Of a DNA stretch of 64,000 bases, positions 51,201-64,000 are shown piece after piece (the stretch's first letter is position 1; the number at the start of each line of letters is the position of its first letter). The translations under genes were made by a program, and so were the position numbers. The DNA is taken from the NCBI RefSeq assembly GCF_009914755.1, contig NC_060925.1; one strand, written 5' to 3'. Origin of the DNA: the human T2T-CHM13v2.0 reference genome, Homo sapiens. The notes beneath the pieces are model-generated. The model was not told where the DNA came from. It did not search any database and saw only the letters and a program-made list of their open reading frames with translations.

Positions 51201-54200
51201 GTGATGCTGAAAAAGCAGATAATAAAAACTTGCAGGAAAGGGGTCTTTTTAAATGATGCCAGAGACTTAATTGTTTTTTATTTGTTTGTTTGTTTCGGAA
51301 TATTTTTCTCCCCTTTGGGAACTTTGCTGAGAGACAGTCAGTATGTTAAATGACACTCCAAACCTCTCCCTATCCAGAAATAGTTCATTCCACTTTCATC
51401 TTTTGATTTGGGAGTTAATTTTTAAAAATGTATTTCTTTCCTATCTTAAAATGAAAGGCAAAACACCCCATGTTTACAAGTCAGGGGCAAACTCTTCTAT
51501 CCTGCATTTCATAACTCCCCAAACGTCTTAACAACATACACGGTTGCCACTGTCTGAAGGCTGGAGATGCCGCCTCTGGGCTTGGGGACAGCCATACTGA
51601 AGCTTTGCAAGGCTTCCTGGGTTTTGTCCCATTCCTCACAGGGTACCCAATTACATTTCATTTTCTGTGTGGCCTTTCCTTCCTTTGAACACTGACTTGA
51701 AGGCTGGCTTAGGGTTTTGAATGTGTGCTCTCCTGGTATTGAAGTCCTTCTTCTGGGGAAATGCAGTCCGACTCCTGGCCGGGCTTTTGTTTATAAATGG
51801 GCTTTTCACAGCTCTTCCTTCCAATTTGGTCTGTAGTTGAAGCTTGAAATGATTAAAGATGTTTGCATAAGCCAGAGTTGAGGAACTTTTTTTTTCTTCT
51901 TTTCTATTGGAGGTCACCAACTCACCATTAACATGATGCCAGCCACACAGAACCAAAAGGCAATGCCATTAAGAGCAACTGGTTTTTAGTGTGAGGGTCT
52001 TTTTTTCTTTGTGGAAGGTGAGGAGAGATTTGTGGACAGCGACTGAATCTTATTCTTCTTTGTTTCCTCAGCACTGTGCACAGCACCAAGCATATAGCAG
52101 GTGCTTAATATTAATAAATACTGAATAAGACCATAACATGATAGATGGATGGATGGATGGCATAGTTTCCTGATCTCAAGATGGAATTGTCCTAATTAAA
52201 TCAAATATTAATATTAATTCAAACCTGCGATTCTAGGCTTAAATCATTTCTGAAGTAAATTAGGACACTGACAGGCATATTTGCTTGTATAATAAGTATA
52301 TGCTTTAGAAGGTAGGCCAAGTTGAAGAATCCCAGTAATCTGGAGAGTACATATGACCTAAATGCCTCTCATCAGCTCACTGGTCTAGTAAGCACATTTT
52401 AAAAACCAGAATCTTATCTATATATCTTAGAACGTCAATGGTAAGAAGCCTTCATTTTACAGATAAGAAAAATGAGACTGATAGAAGTAAAGTGACTTGC
52501 CCAAGGTCATACAGCTAGTAAGCTACACAGCTTGGACTGACTTTATTGTTGCTTTCCCATGGAAGCTGATCATTCATATTCAAGAGAGAAAAATCATATG
52601 CATCAGCTCCAGCCATAAATAGTCCAATGAATTCAATTAACTCCAAGGTTCCTGCCTTGCAATGAAGACCCAGTAAATCTAAGGCATTGGGAGCCAGAGT
52701 GAAAATGATAATTGCTCTATATGGGTACAGCTGGATTAGAATAGCCTGTCTTATCTTCCCAAAGGTTGGGGTACTCACTCACTGAATGGCCACCTATGCC
52801 CAGCACTCATTGCACTGAAATTATAGGTAGCTTCTGATGGATTTGGAGATAAGAGGGCCTTTGGAATTATCATCTAAATGTCTTTCAAACTTGTAATATC
52901 ACTACTACTTGGCAACGCAAAGGGCTTGTCCATGTGAAAGCTCACCTTCCAATATGAACTGCTGGAGACTGGAAACACCGTTACAGAGTGTCTGCAAGTC
53001 CATGCAAGAAACATACAGCGCATTCATATTGCAGCATTGATTTTTCAGGTTAATTTTTAACCTCTGAGTTGGAGAGAAAGAAAAAAAAACCAAAAGGTTC
53101 AGTCTATGAAGTTGTTGCTATCTAAACACTCCCAAAACCCATTACTGAAATTTTGCGTGGCACATAACCCACGTGGCTTATTTCAAGTGGCTGAATGAAC
53201 AAAGTTTATGAGAGGTACCTGCCTGTCCATAAACTCCCAATAAGTGCAAAGTAGATGGTTCTTTCCACTAATACAACCATGGTGGACCTACCATGACACT
53301 ATATGAGGCAAGATTATTCAAGCACTACTTGCCAGTATCAGTCTTTTTTTTTTTTTTTTAACAAGCCAGAAAAAGTATTTTTCACATTGTTTCTGGTTAA
53401 TAGTAACATCTTACACAGTTCCACGGAGGTCTCTCAAGTGTGGGCCCTAAATTATCTCACGTATCCTGGCCTGTTTATTTGAGAGAATTCTCACACAAAT
53501 CCACTGCATTACCATCTAGTAATGCTGGGGAGAGAGAAGCAATCATAGCTTGTGCCCATCTAGACACATTACACAAGTCATACAAAGAGCAATCATGAAA
53601 TGGGATTTATTCCGTCTCAGGCACTGACGTTGATGTGGCTCAAACCTAATTTTCTAGAGGACAGCACAATTCTCATTGATTTGGGGAGATGTATTCACAT
53701 CGTCTTGCTTTGCAGACCAGCTTTCCCAGACGCCATGCAAAAACAGTCTCTAAACACCAGTGAGAAGGGTGAAAGCTCTCTCTTAAAAAAAAAAAAAAGT
53801 GCTGAAAGGAACTTACCACCAAAAAGGCCATATTTTGACATGATTAGTAGCACAGCACGGTCCTACCATAAGGTGCTAAATAATCAGATAAGTATAAAAG
53901 CATTCAATTATGTGCATGAAATGATTTACCTCTACACTCAACTGGAAAAATTTGGCATTTCATATATATTAAGATGAAATCTCCCAAAGAAACGACTGAA
54001 TTTATTTTACATGGTATAAGTATATAAGCAATTTCACAACAACTATATAGGAATCTCCTTTCAGACCTATTTGTATCTTGTTTTCTCTTTCCCTATAACA
54101 TCTCTAAAATGCAATGTAGTTTATTCATGTGGTTGCTAAATATTTATTAAGTGCATAATTCAAAATACTTTCATAAATGAAAAAACATATATGAAAAGAT

Positions 54201-55811
54201 ACCTGCCCTTACAGGCTGGTAGGAAGGCAACACACATACAAACACCCACTCTGATATACAATGTCATCTGTCAAAAGTACAGTAGGAACAGGGATGGAGA
54301 GAGCTTAGGTCTGGGAAGGCTTCTGAGAGAGTGCCTGCAACTCCCAACTATAGTCATTAAGCATTACTGCAGAGATATGAAGATATGAAAGCATCACAGT
54401 ATGCATAAAATCACACAGTGAGCAGGGATCTTAGTGATCACCCATCCAAACCCTTTCATCTCAATTGAGAATATGTAGGTCCAGAGAGCCCAAGTCAGCA
54501 GTTCAAGGACACACAGATTTTCCGACAGACCTGAGATTAGAACCCATACATTCTACTTTATCCTAGGACTCTCTGCTACACAGCCTGCCAGGGCTTCATT
54601 TCCTTTGCCTGCACAAAGGTAACTCAATTCAGCATAGATGACTCAGCAGAGGTGACCATGGAGATTTGCTAAAACTGAGCTTCATCATTTAGGTCCCTTT
54701 CAAACATTGGAGAACCTCTCTATGATTCCAGCTGTAATAAAACAACACTAAAAAGTAAGCTGTGTTCATGACATTGCATAATGACACCATTATACAATAG
54801 TGACTTACTAGTTAAAAGTTGATGATATATTAGCAGTCTTGCCACAATGAAAATGAGGTAAAAAAAGAGAGACAGAGATAAAGAAAAAGACCTCTAATTT
54901 CACGGTACAGTAGATGTTAGAACAAGAAATGAACTTATACCTATGAGGTCAATCTCATCTTGTAGTCAGGAAATATTAATTTGCTGATATGCTTTATGCT
55001 GGAGAGTTTAAAAAAATTGGCATAAATGGTGCTACAAAATTTCAATCTCTCTTATAAGGCTGAGCAAGAGCAGTAAAAAGGAAACTGTTTTAGTCACCAT
55101 ATTTTATTACACAAAGGGTTGAATCAGAAAATTGGAATATTAATAAAACATTTTCTACATGGACTTTGCTGATTAAATAAATAGCTTCATGCTTTTACAA
55201 AGATGTGATATGTTACAGTCACGTTTAAGGGCAGTGAGTCCTTTTTTGTAATTACTAATAGGGATGGTTTAATTACACCCATAAGTCCCAAGATATTGCT
55301 GCAATACACCAGCTGGGGACTGAAGTGCCCACTCTCTACCTGATTCCTAGATTATCTGGAGTCTGATATGCAAATCCCATCAGCTTTGATTCAGATTCTT
55401 CTAAGAAGGAGCTTAGGCAATATATTTTCTGCCTCATTCATAAAGAAAAATAATCACAATAGATGTATCGATTTACTTACATTGTTAACTCTCTGGGGCA
55501 TAGTTACCTACTTCCTAGAGAGGAGAAATTAGCTTGCAAGTATACTGTCATAAACACAGACAGAGCAAGACCAGACAGAATCCAAACATCCCAATGCTCT
55601 AATAATTGAAAGATGCATCCCAGGACCCTTCCTCTGAATAAAAGAATGGTCCCATTAAATGATAGAAGCCTGCTATGTGAATTAGATTGAATTCACAGGA
55701 CAGAAAATCCAGCTCCCCTCACCCCCAACCCCTGCCCAACAAACTGGCTTTCCCAAGAAGAAAACTGGGAGACCCAAGAAGGCTTCAAAGATACAGGTCA
55801 GATTATTCAAC

Positions 55812-56322
55812 TGTTATAAACCTGCATTTCCCACTCTGATTTTCCTTTGGGAAATCATTTTCTTATCCCAGTTCTAGTCCATACATTTTGGTGGGGCTGA
55901 CCTCACCGTCTGGCTGCAGAGGTCCAGTCCCGGCCATTGAGTATGAATTCTACCTCCTCAATCCTGACCATAGTGACTGGTTCAGGAATGAGAATAGGTC
56001 CACTGAAAGCCAGCCTTAGGCCATTCTGTGGATCCATTGGGAAAAAGCCCTATCTCCTGCTAGGGTTGCTGAACTAGTAGGATTTGAGCCTGGATCGCTG
56101 GTGGCCATCAGTGCCACTGCTTGGGGAGAACCTACTTACTAACAAAGCCAGCACTGAGAAGGCAAAGCTGTGGTGTGGAAACAGTTGATGGAGCTCTTGG
56201 CTCTAGCCATAGCTGCAACTAGGCTACACCTGGACTTGTTTATGTGAGCCAGAAAACTCTCTTGCAGACTGAAGCCAGAATAAGCTAGACTTTTGTCATT
56301 AACAACCTAAAGAGCCCACATA
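55812..56322 (+). mobile_element. MLT1K-like MaLR LTR
   Basis: gaccatagtgactggttcagga, gagcctggatcgctggtggccatc, atgtgagccag...ttgtcattaacaacctaaagag. Confidence 0.7.
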
Positions 56323-56559
56323 GAGTCAAAATTCTAAACTCAAGCCTCTAACTTAACATGGTAGCAGGCATGGGAGGCACCCTCTACCAACCTTCCTTCA
56401 AAATTAAAAGAAGGTATAGAAAGGAAAAATACAGTATCTTGAGACTGTACTAGGGGTTAAAAGACCAGAAAAAAACAAATTTTTTATGGATATGTCAGTA
56501 TGGAAAACAAAATCCCAGCCTACGTTCACTCTATTCTTTGAACCAGAATGATATAAGCC

Positions 56560-56766
56560 CATGCTGTCCAGTATAATAGCCATTACCTACACGGGGCCAT
56601 TTAAAGTAAAATTAAATAAAATTAAATGTAGAAAATTTTTCAGTTTCTCAGTCTCACTAGCTACATTTCAAATACTCAACAGTCATGTGCTAGTGGCTAC
56701 TATATTGTACTGTGCAGATATAGAACATTCCCATCATTGTCAAAAGTTCCAGTGGAAAATGATGGC
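56560..56766. mobile_element. MER3/MER33-like
   Basis: cagtctcactagctacatttcaaatactcaacag...gcagatatagaacattcccatcattg. Confidence 0.78.
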
Positions 56767-57104
56767 AGTCATTCTGCCCATTCTAGATGGAGGGTGTAGT
56801 CACCACACTAACCAGGAAGTCAAACTGCCACAAGAGATTACTGAATGAAGATATTCATCCAAGTGTTAAGATACGCATCAAAGCATTATGTTAAAAAAAA
56901 ATTAACAATGACTTTAATATACAAAGAGAAGGGTATATTATGATACAGGCATGTAAAAAACTATTAAGGAACTATAAAAAGGACATTTAGAAACTGTTTT
57001 TAAAGAGATATGGGAATAATGAGAGTTTTTAATGAAAAATAATGTATTGACAGAATAAACTTCACAAAGTAAAACACGTCTAGCAAAAAATAGAAAAATA
57101 ATCA

Positions 57105-57310
57105 TAATAGCTAATTTTAAAAACATTTTTATGTGACAATGTGCTAAATGCTTAATGCAATATCTGTTTTATTAATCAAAATAGCAGATAAAATAGATGA
57201 TATCTTTATTCCCGTTTCACAGATGAGAAAATTAAGACTTGGCAAGATTAAGTGAAGGAAGAAGACTGAAATGGAACCCATGCTGGTCTGACCTCAAACC
57301 CTAGCCTCTT
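57105..57310 (-). mobile_element. MIR
   Basis: attcccgtttcacagatgagaaaattaagactt...ctggtctgacctcaaa. Confidence 0.7.
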
Positions 57311-58267
57311 TCTCTCTAGAATTAAAAATATGAAAAGCAATTGCCACTGGGTAGAAGTATAAATGACTTTTTTTCTCTTTTATGCTTTTTTTGTGTTTTT
57401 CAAATTCAAAAAACAAGGAAGAAGGAATTTCTTGAGAAAAAAATACTGAAAGAAAAATTCATTACACTTGACTGTAGCCACTACATGGTTAACAGGAGAC
57501 TGCTATATGCAATGGATCCTTGCTTAAAATGGGTTAATTATGAACACTAGAAGTTTTCATATTCTGCTGAAGCTTCTGTTCAAATTTAATTTCTCAAAGT
57601 ATATTGCTAGACGCTAATGAAAACCCAAAGAGACACACACATTCAAAAGATGTATAGCCAATGAATTTTCTGTTGTTTTTATTGTGAACAACTTTTTTAT
57701 ATCCTAACAGTTTTATACTAGCTATGAAAAAGATAAATAAATATTTATGACATTCACTCAATTCCACAGTAACTACTAAGTTGCTCATGTTCTCGCTCTG
57801 GTTTGAAATGTGCATATTTTAGTGGCTGGTATCTCAATCTTAAATGAGAAAGCCACAGAATGCTGTCATTACAGACCCTAAAACTACGCATTTGACTCAC
57901 TGCAAGGATATGCCCTTGGTAGCAGAACATAACAAGCTGAATTAAGGCAGCTATAGACTTAGACAGATACAAACTTCACTGCTGTCCAGCAAACAGCTAA
58001 GAACACCCCAGAATTGCCATGGACACTGGTTTCACGGAAGCTTGTGCCATGTAACAGAAGAGTTTGATAAAGAAAAACAAACAATGGGATTGAGGAAACA
58101 CACAGAAATAAATGAAGGCCAATTTGCACCATTCGGCTATCCTGCAGAAACTTTTTCCTTTACCGGAAATGGTCCAATGTACCCCTTGGTATATTGACTG
58201 AACTTGCACGTGAGGGAGATCTATGTAGTCATACCATACTAATTATAAAGAACAGGCCAGAATTCAC

Positions 58268-58450
58268 CAGTGGTGGTTCATAAGCTAAGAAAAGCCCTTA
58301 GGCCAGTTATCTTTAGTCCACAAAATATTTTTTGTTTTACCTAATTTAGTGCCAAATTTTTAAACAGAGGGATTTCACACGAAAACAAGATGTCTAGCTT
58401 TTCTTGAAAAAGCCAAAGACCTACATGAGTCCAGTATTCTGTTATTGCAA
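58268..58450. mobile_element. MER102-like fragment
   Basis: gggatttcacacgaaaacaagatgtctagcttttcttgaaaa. Confidence 0.5.
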
Positions 58451-60556
58451 CCATCAGATGAACCTTAACAGCGGTTTACCTGGTCCCCACCCACACTGTT
58501 TCACCCACAAACACCTGGCCCTTGTAAGCATCTGAGCTTGTAGTTCTTATAACAGGAGACACCTGAAGGATCATTAAATTATACCGTACCTGATACACAC
58601 ACATCCTTATTTCACCTAAATAAATATATTTCTTCTTAGATTGCTCTTTGACCCCAGGCAATAGGAAAATAAAGTTAATTGCAGAGAAGGCTACACAAAG
58701 TAAAGGCTATTTCACATCCATGTGCACAACCAAAATCTCATTGCTAACACTTGGTGACAAGGTTCTCTGTGAAGTTGCTGGGCAAACCTTCCCTGCCTCA
58801 TTTCCCCTGGTTCCTGCCACCCCGCCACTTTATGATCCATTCATACCAAATTACCTGGGACTCCCCATATGTGATGGCACATGCCTCCAACTTTGTCATG
58901 GTCCCCTGATGGAGAACGTTGATTTTGTGTCTTAGTAGACAGACTAGCCCATGAGGGCAGCTATTGTTTCCATCACACCTCACCCTGTAAGCCCAGAGCC
59001 CAGCACAGTATTCAGAACATACTTAATGCATGAAAGACTCACCAGAAAATCCCAAGGCACCCTCAAAATACTTAGATACTAACCCTCCCTTACTCTTACT
59101 CTGGCAAAATTCATCCCTATATCTTATTTTTTACTTCGACAAATATCTCTTTGGTTGTACTTAGCCACCACATTATTATTTGTTTATTTGTGCTTCCCTG
59201 TCTCTTCCTGGGTCTTGTGGGAAAAAGTCTGTGGCTTTTATAGGGTAATGTCCATGGATTCCACAATTCTGCCAGGTACCCTGCAGCAGCTCAATAAATA
59301 CTGAATAAATGGATGAAGTGCTAGAGCACAAGGCCCTTTCACATAAATCATTACTCCTTGTAATGGCACTGAGGTAGCCATTATCCTCCTCATCACCATC
59401 ATCTTCATCATTGCATCATCATTGCCACCAGCACCGCAATCTCCATTTGACAGATCTCAGAGACCCAGTGCCCACAGCTTGTATGCAAAGATGCCAGTGT
59501 CCAAACACATGCCTTTCTGTCAAATTTAGCTGAAATGCAGCCAACAGGATAGAAAGGATCCGAATCCTGTGGGCTGTGATTTTTCTGTATTTCCACCTAC
59601 TCCTTCACACCCTCCCAATTTAAAAATAAAATGAAAGAGTTGCTTGTTTAGATCATGTCCAAGACAAAGTCACCATCATATCAGCAAATGGTAATGTAAC
59701 CAGAAGAATGCATGCAGAATTCAATTCTAGCAGTGACATGCATGATATTTTTACCTACAGAACATATCTCATATCTACTTCCTCTGGAGTTTTCTGTAAG
59801 TTATGGATTAATAAACTTTCCCTAAGAATGCAGCTTTATTAATCTTGCAAAATACTCAGAAAAGAAAATATTTTATTATTCCCATCTAAAGTGAATTATG
59901 ATAAAGTCCCATGTGTGCTCACAAGACATAAAGTTGCTTTCTGCAGCAAATTGTGTTTGTGGTGGTGACTGTTTTCCCCGCGCCAGTAGGATTTGGAGTA
60001 AACAAAATGTCAAACTGTCTCCTAACCTGTGAAGACAATAGAGACCACCAAGGTCACAGCAAAACGTGACCTAGTTTTTGAAGGGAGAAAGAGAGAGTTA
60101 GCACAGGATGGCGTTAGTTCAAGCCCCTCCTCTTAAAGCTGAAAAAGAAAAAATAAAAACGGAAGCAAAGAGAGAGTTCTGCCATCATTCAACTACTGAA
60201 TTCTCTTTACTATCCTGAGGCATGTCCTTTACAAAGGGAAGAGCGGTGTGACTTTGTGCAATGCATTTCACTGTCTGAAGATAAAGGCTGAAGGAGAGAA
60301 GAATGACCCTGTGTGGCATGTCACTGTGTACCAGGTATAGTTCAATTGTGTTGCATGTGTTACTTCTTTGTGTTTACAAAACAACCCTATAAGAACTTAT
60401 TTTTCGGCCGAGGCCCAGAGAGTGAAGAGTCTTGCCCATGGTCACAGAGCTAGTTATCAGCCAAGCCTTGATTTGACCATCTGTAAAATGGGGATACGAA
60501 TGGCCATCCTGTCTATCTGGTAGGACTGTTGTGAAGATGGAAGAGGAAGATATCTG

Positions 60557-60558
<2 letters not shown>

Positions 60559-60588
<30 letters not shown>
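60559..60588. repeat. (GT)15 microsatellite
   Basis: Read directly. Confidence 0.9.
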
Positions 60589-60591
<3 letters not shown>

Positions 60592-61000
60592 TACATATAT
60601 GAAATACTTGACAAATGTAAGATTACCACTGCTAGAGTGTGGATTTACCTAGATATTCACCCGCTGGCTTCCTTCATTACATCTAAATGTCCAGCATTTA
60701 AATGTTTGATGAGACCAAAGAGTCAGACTTTACACAGCAAACATCTTGCACAGCAAACGGGAAATAAATGGTTCTGACTCCACTACTAACTCCTTGGTGA
60801 CTTTACAATATTGTATGCCCACGTCTCCTCTCTAAGCAAAGTCTGCTCCTCTACAGAATGAGTGGGTTGTTCTGTCAGGCTACAGGGACTGAGAGAGGGA
60901 ACTGAAGAATGCCAGAGCTGTAATGTTTACACAAGCGCTGCTGAGACCTGCAAGCTAGCACATCGTGTTTCCATTCATTCTCCCTACTTCATGTTGAAAT

Positions 61001-61337
61001 ATGGGTTTACAATCCCTTATCCAAATTTCCTGGGATCTAATGTGTTCATAATGCAGACTTTATTTTGGATTTTAGAAAAGGCAGCATATACTACACCACA
61101 TTTATCTTTTATTTGTAATAGCCCTACCCGGGTTTGAGGTGACACCCCGTAATGAAACTCATGAATGCTTCTGGAACAAATGGGTGACTATTCCTACTCA
61201 CGGGGATCAATAAAGATTCTCAGTAGCCTCATGTCACTTCAAGTCAGGATAGGTTTTACCACTAAATGAGTTACCCAAAATCTTGAGTTTCAGAGCCTTT
61301 TAGATTCTGGAATTGCAGAAAAGGGACTGCATGGTCC
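61001..61337 (+). mobile_element. MER46C (TcMar-Tigger)
   Basis: TIR-like ends acaatcccttatcc...gcagaaaagggactg; internal caccccgtaat and aatgagtt. Confidence 0.78.
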
Positions 61338-61566
61338 CACTGCTGCTGCCCTACTCCCTGGGCACCCAACACTCACACAGCTTGCCTTGCCAATACAGAG
61401 TCCACCGCCAGCTGAGTCACTCTCAATTTTCTGCAAGGGCCAGGATGGATGGGATACGGTAGGAGAAATGAGGAGCTAATCCCAAACAGCAAGTGTCTCC
61501 CTTCATTGTTTGCCTGTAGCTCACAATATTAACAAACATTTCTGTTGGAGGTTTATTTTCCCGCTC

Positions 61567-62147
61567 TATGAACAGGTCCTTTTCCTGTTTCTCTCAGATC
61601 CACTCCTGGCCCCTTCCCCTGCTCCATGGAGTGTTGCAGAAAGTTGATCTTAACCACATTTCTTAGGCGCCCTTGTCAGCTGATTTCCAGTTAGATTCAC
61701 TCACTGGGAAACACTGGCAAAAGACAGGAGGGGAGGAGGGGAAGACAGGGTATTTATCTCCCTTTTTCTCTTTCTGCTTCACGGTAGCACCCCTAGACGT
61801 GGTGGAGTCTCCTCCATGGTTTCAGAACATCCATGTGTGGTGCCCACTCCCACCATGCAGACTCTTCTATGCTTCCGGCAGCCCAACTCCTGGCCTTTTT
61901 CCCCATGTGGCTTGTCCTCCAAAGGTTCCACCTGCCTCCTGGGGGCTGCACCTCCTGGGGTCTATCATACCACAGAGGTAGCAGATAGTGTTACTGATCT
62001 AGAGGTAGGTTGGCTTCCTCCTACTGCTAATCTCTGTCTTTCGCTTCTTTGTCACACTTTCAGTTCTTCCAACACCTTTGTAACTGCTTTCCTGTATTAA
62101 GTTCTTCCTATTAAGCTGGTATGGATCTCCTGGCTGTCACAGATACA
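61567..62147 (+). mobile_element. LTR33/LTR41-group ERVL LTR
   Basis: ctcagatccactc...cagggtatttatctcc...aacacctttgtaac...cagataca. Confidence 0.6.
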
Positions 62148-62307
62148 GGGCATGTCATTAAAAGTATGAGATTGTGTCTGAAGTCATGGTAGTGTGGCTG
62201 TTATGTTTTGGGTGTGTTCAGGGTTAGCACAGAGAGACACTTTTACACCCCACACATACTGACTGACAGAGTTTCAATCTGTAGGTTAACTTTAAACCAG
62301 CATCAGG

Positions 62308-62667
<360 letters not shown>

Positions 62668-64000
62668 CTATGCTGTGGGATTTGACAAGGAATTAGAAAG
62701 TCCACCTCTCAACTACTCTCAAAAACTTCCTCCCCCACTGAAAAATGTATGCAAGAGAGGAAGCAAACACATTCTATTAACTGTGTAAAATCGCACTACA
62801 AACCTTTAGGCCTTTTTGTTGTTGATTTCGTGCAATTCCTTTGATTTGATAAAACTGGAGGGTAAAAAGGAAAGAAAGGAAGAATGAAAGGACAGGACAG
62901 AAAAGGATAAGAAAATAAAGAAAAAGCACAGTTTGGGAATAATAAGAAATTAAAAGCATGTCTCAATGTAGAAAACTCTTCTTTTGTTTTCATTGACTCA
63001 AAATAGTTCACTACAGGGGCACTTCCCCCTCTACTGTAAAAAAAGAAAAAAACAAAAACAGTGATGGTAGACTTTAAAAATTAAATGTAGCAAGTGTTTA
63101 AACTGACTTTCTTCAAAAAGCCAAGTATAAAGGGCATGAAAGATAGTAGCCTTCAGAAACTCTCAATCTTTAGAGGAACCTAGATCAATAGATGTGGAAC
63201 AGAACAATTGAAGACATAATGAAGTATGGTGTTTAACAGAATCCGGTGCTCAAGAGGCCTAAGAAAGAGACACATACCTTGGAAAGGCAGGCAGAGGCAG
63301 GTGTCAAACTTAGATTGAGCCTATGCTGTATGACCTTTATTTTTTAAAGAAAGCAATGCTAGTCCAGTCCCCAAGTCCCCCTCCTCCCTGCCCCTCTTAC
63401 TCCTAGCCGTGTTGATTTATGGCTTCTCAAACAAATCAAGACGTCCTTCTCCACTGATACATTCTGAACAGTCAAATATATACAGAATGATATCTAGCCT
63501 GACTCACATGAACCCACAGACAGCACACAGAAAATATCAGAGTGGTATCAGGTTAACCAAGTGGTTGTCTTTTCTTTTCCTTAATCTTGTTTTATATGAG
63601 ACGTCCTTTTTCATATCAACCTAAACTAGTACTGTATATATTTTCATTCCAGAAAACACAACGAAACATGTGAGAGAAGGGGAAAGGAGTTACAGCATTT
63701 GCTCAGGGAAGAAGAGGAATTTGAAATTTTATCACCAGTACTGATGTCATAAGGGATGACTGTTGGAGGGAAATGAATATCTGCCCTGGATCCTAAAATA
63801 ATTTGGGGAGAAAGAGTAAGAGTGAACTTACGGAAAGATTAATGGCACAAGGGATACCAGAGAGACAGAGAGAGAATTGGCAGATAGTAATCACCAAATA
63901 TCTCTCTCCCATTTTTTTACAGATATATGTTACAATTTCCAGACATAATGGTGCTTCCTCACATAGTCAAAAACCCTGCCAGTATTTGACTATATTATTG

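Overview
Human (primate) non-coding DNA, rich in interspersed repeats, with no credible protein-coding exon, RNA gene or CRISPR array. I identify it as a 5'-UTR intron of DAB1 (chr1p32, gene on the minus strand). The key landmark is an AluJb at 19817-20143 whose middle A-rich linker is (AAAAT)7, read as (ATTTT)7 in DAB1 orientation. This is the SCA37 pentanucleotide locus, here as a short, pure, non-pathogenic allele with no ATTTC units. The locus call rests on my recollection of the locus and its published primers and should be confirmed by BLAT. The rest is 8 Alus, two 5'-truncated L1s (one 5'-inverted and carrying a nested THE1C), solo LTRs (MER52A, MLT1/MLT2, LTR33 group), DNA-transposon relics, many MIR/L2 fragments and microsatellites. 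I found no new gene system. The most unusual features read directly from the sequence are: three short segments apparently copied from 0.6-2.4 kb away (one flanked by a perfect 19-bp duplication); an AT-rich palindrome 1.6 kb from the SCA37 repeat; a MER52A LTR ~0.5 kb from the repeat that retains promoter, CTCF-like and polyA motifs antisense to DAB1; and several candidate small non-coding minus-strand exons. Repeat subfamily names are by eye from remembered consensus sequences; the edges of old elements are approximate.
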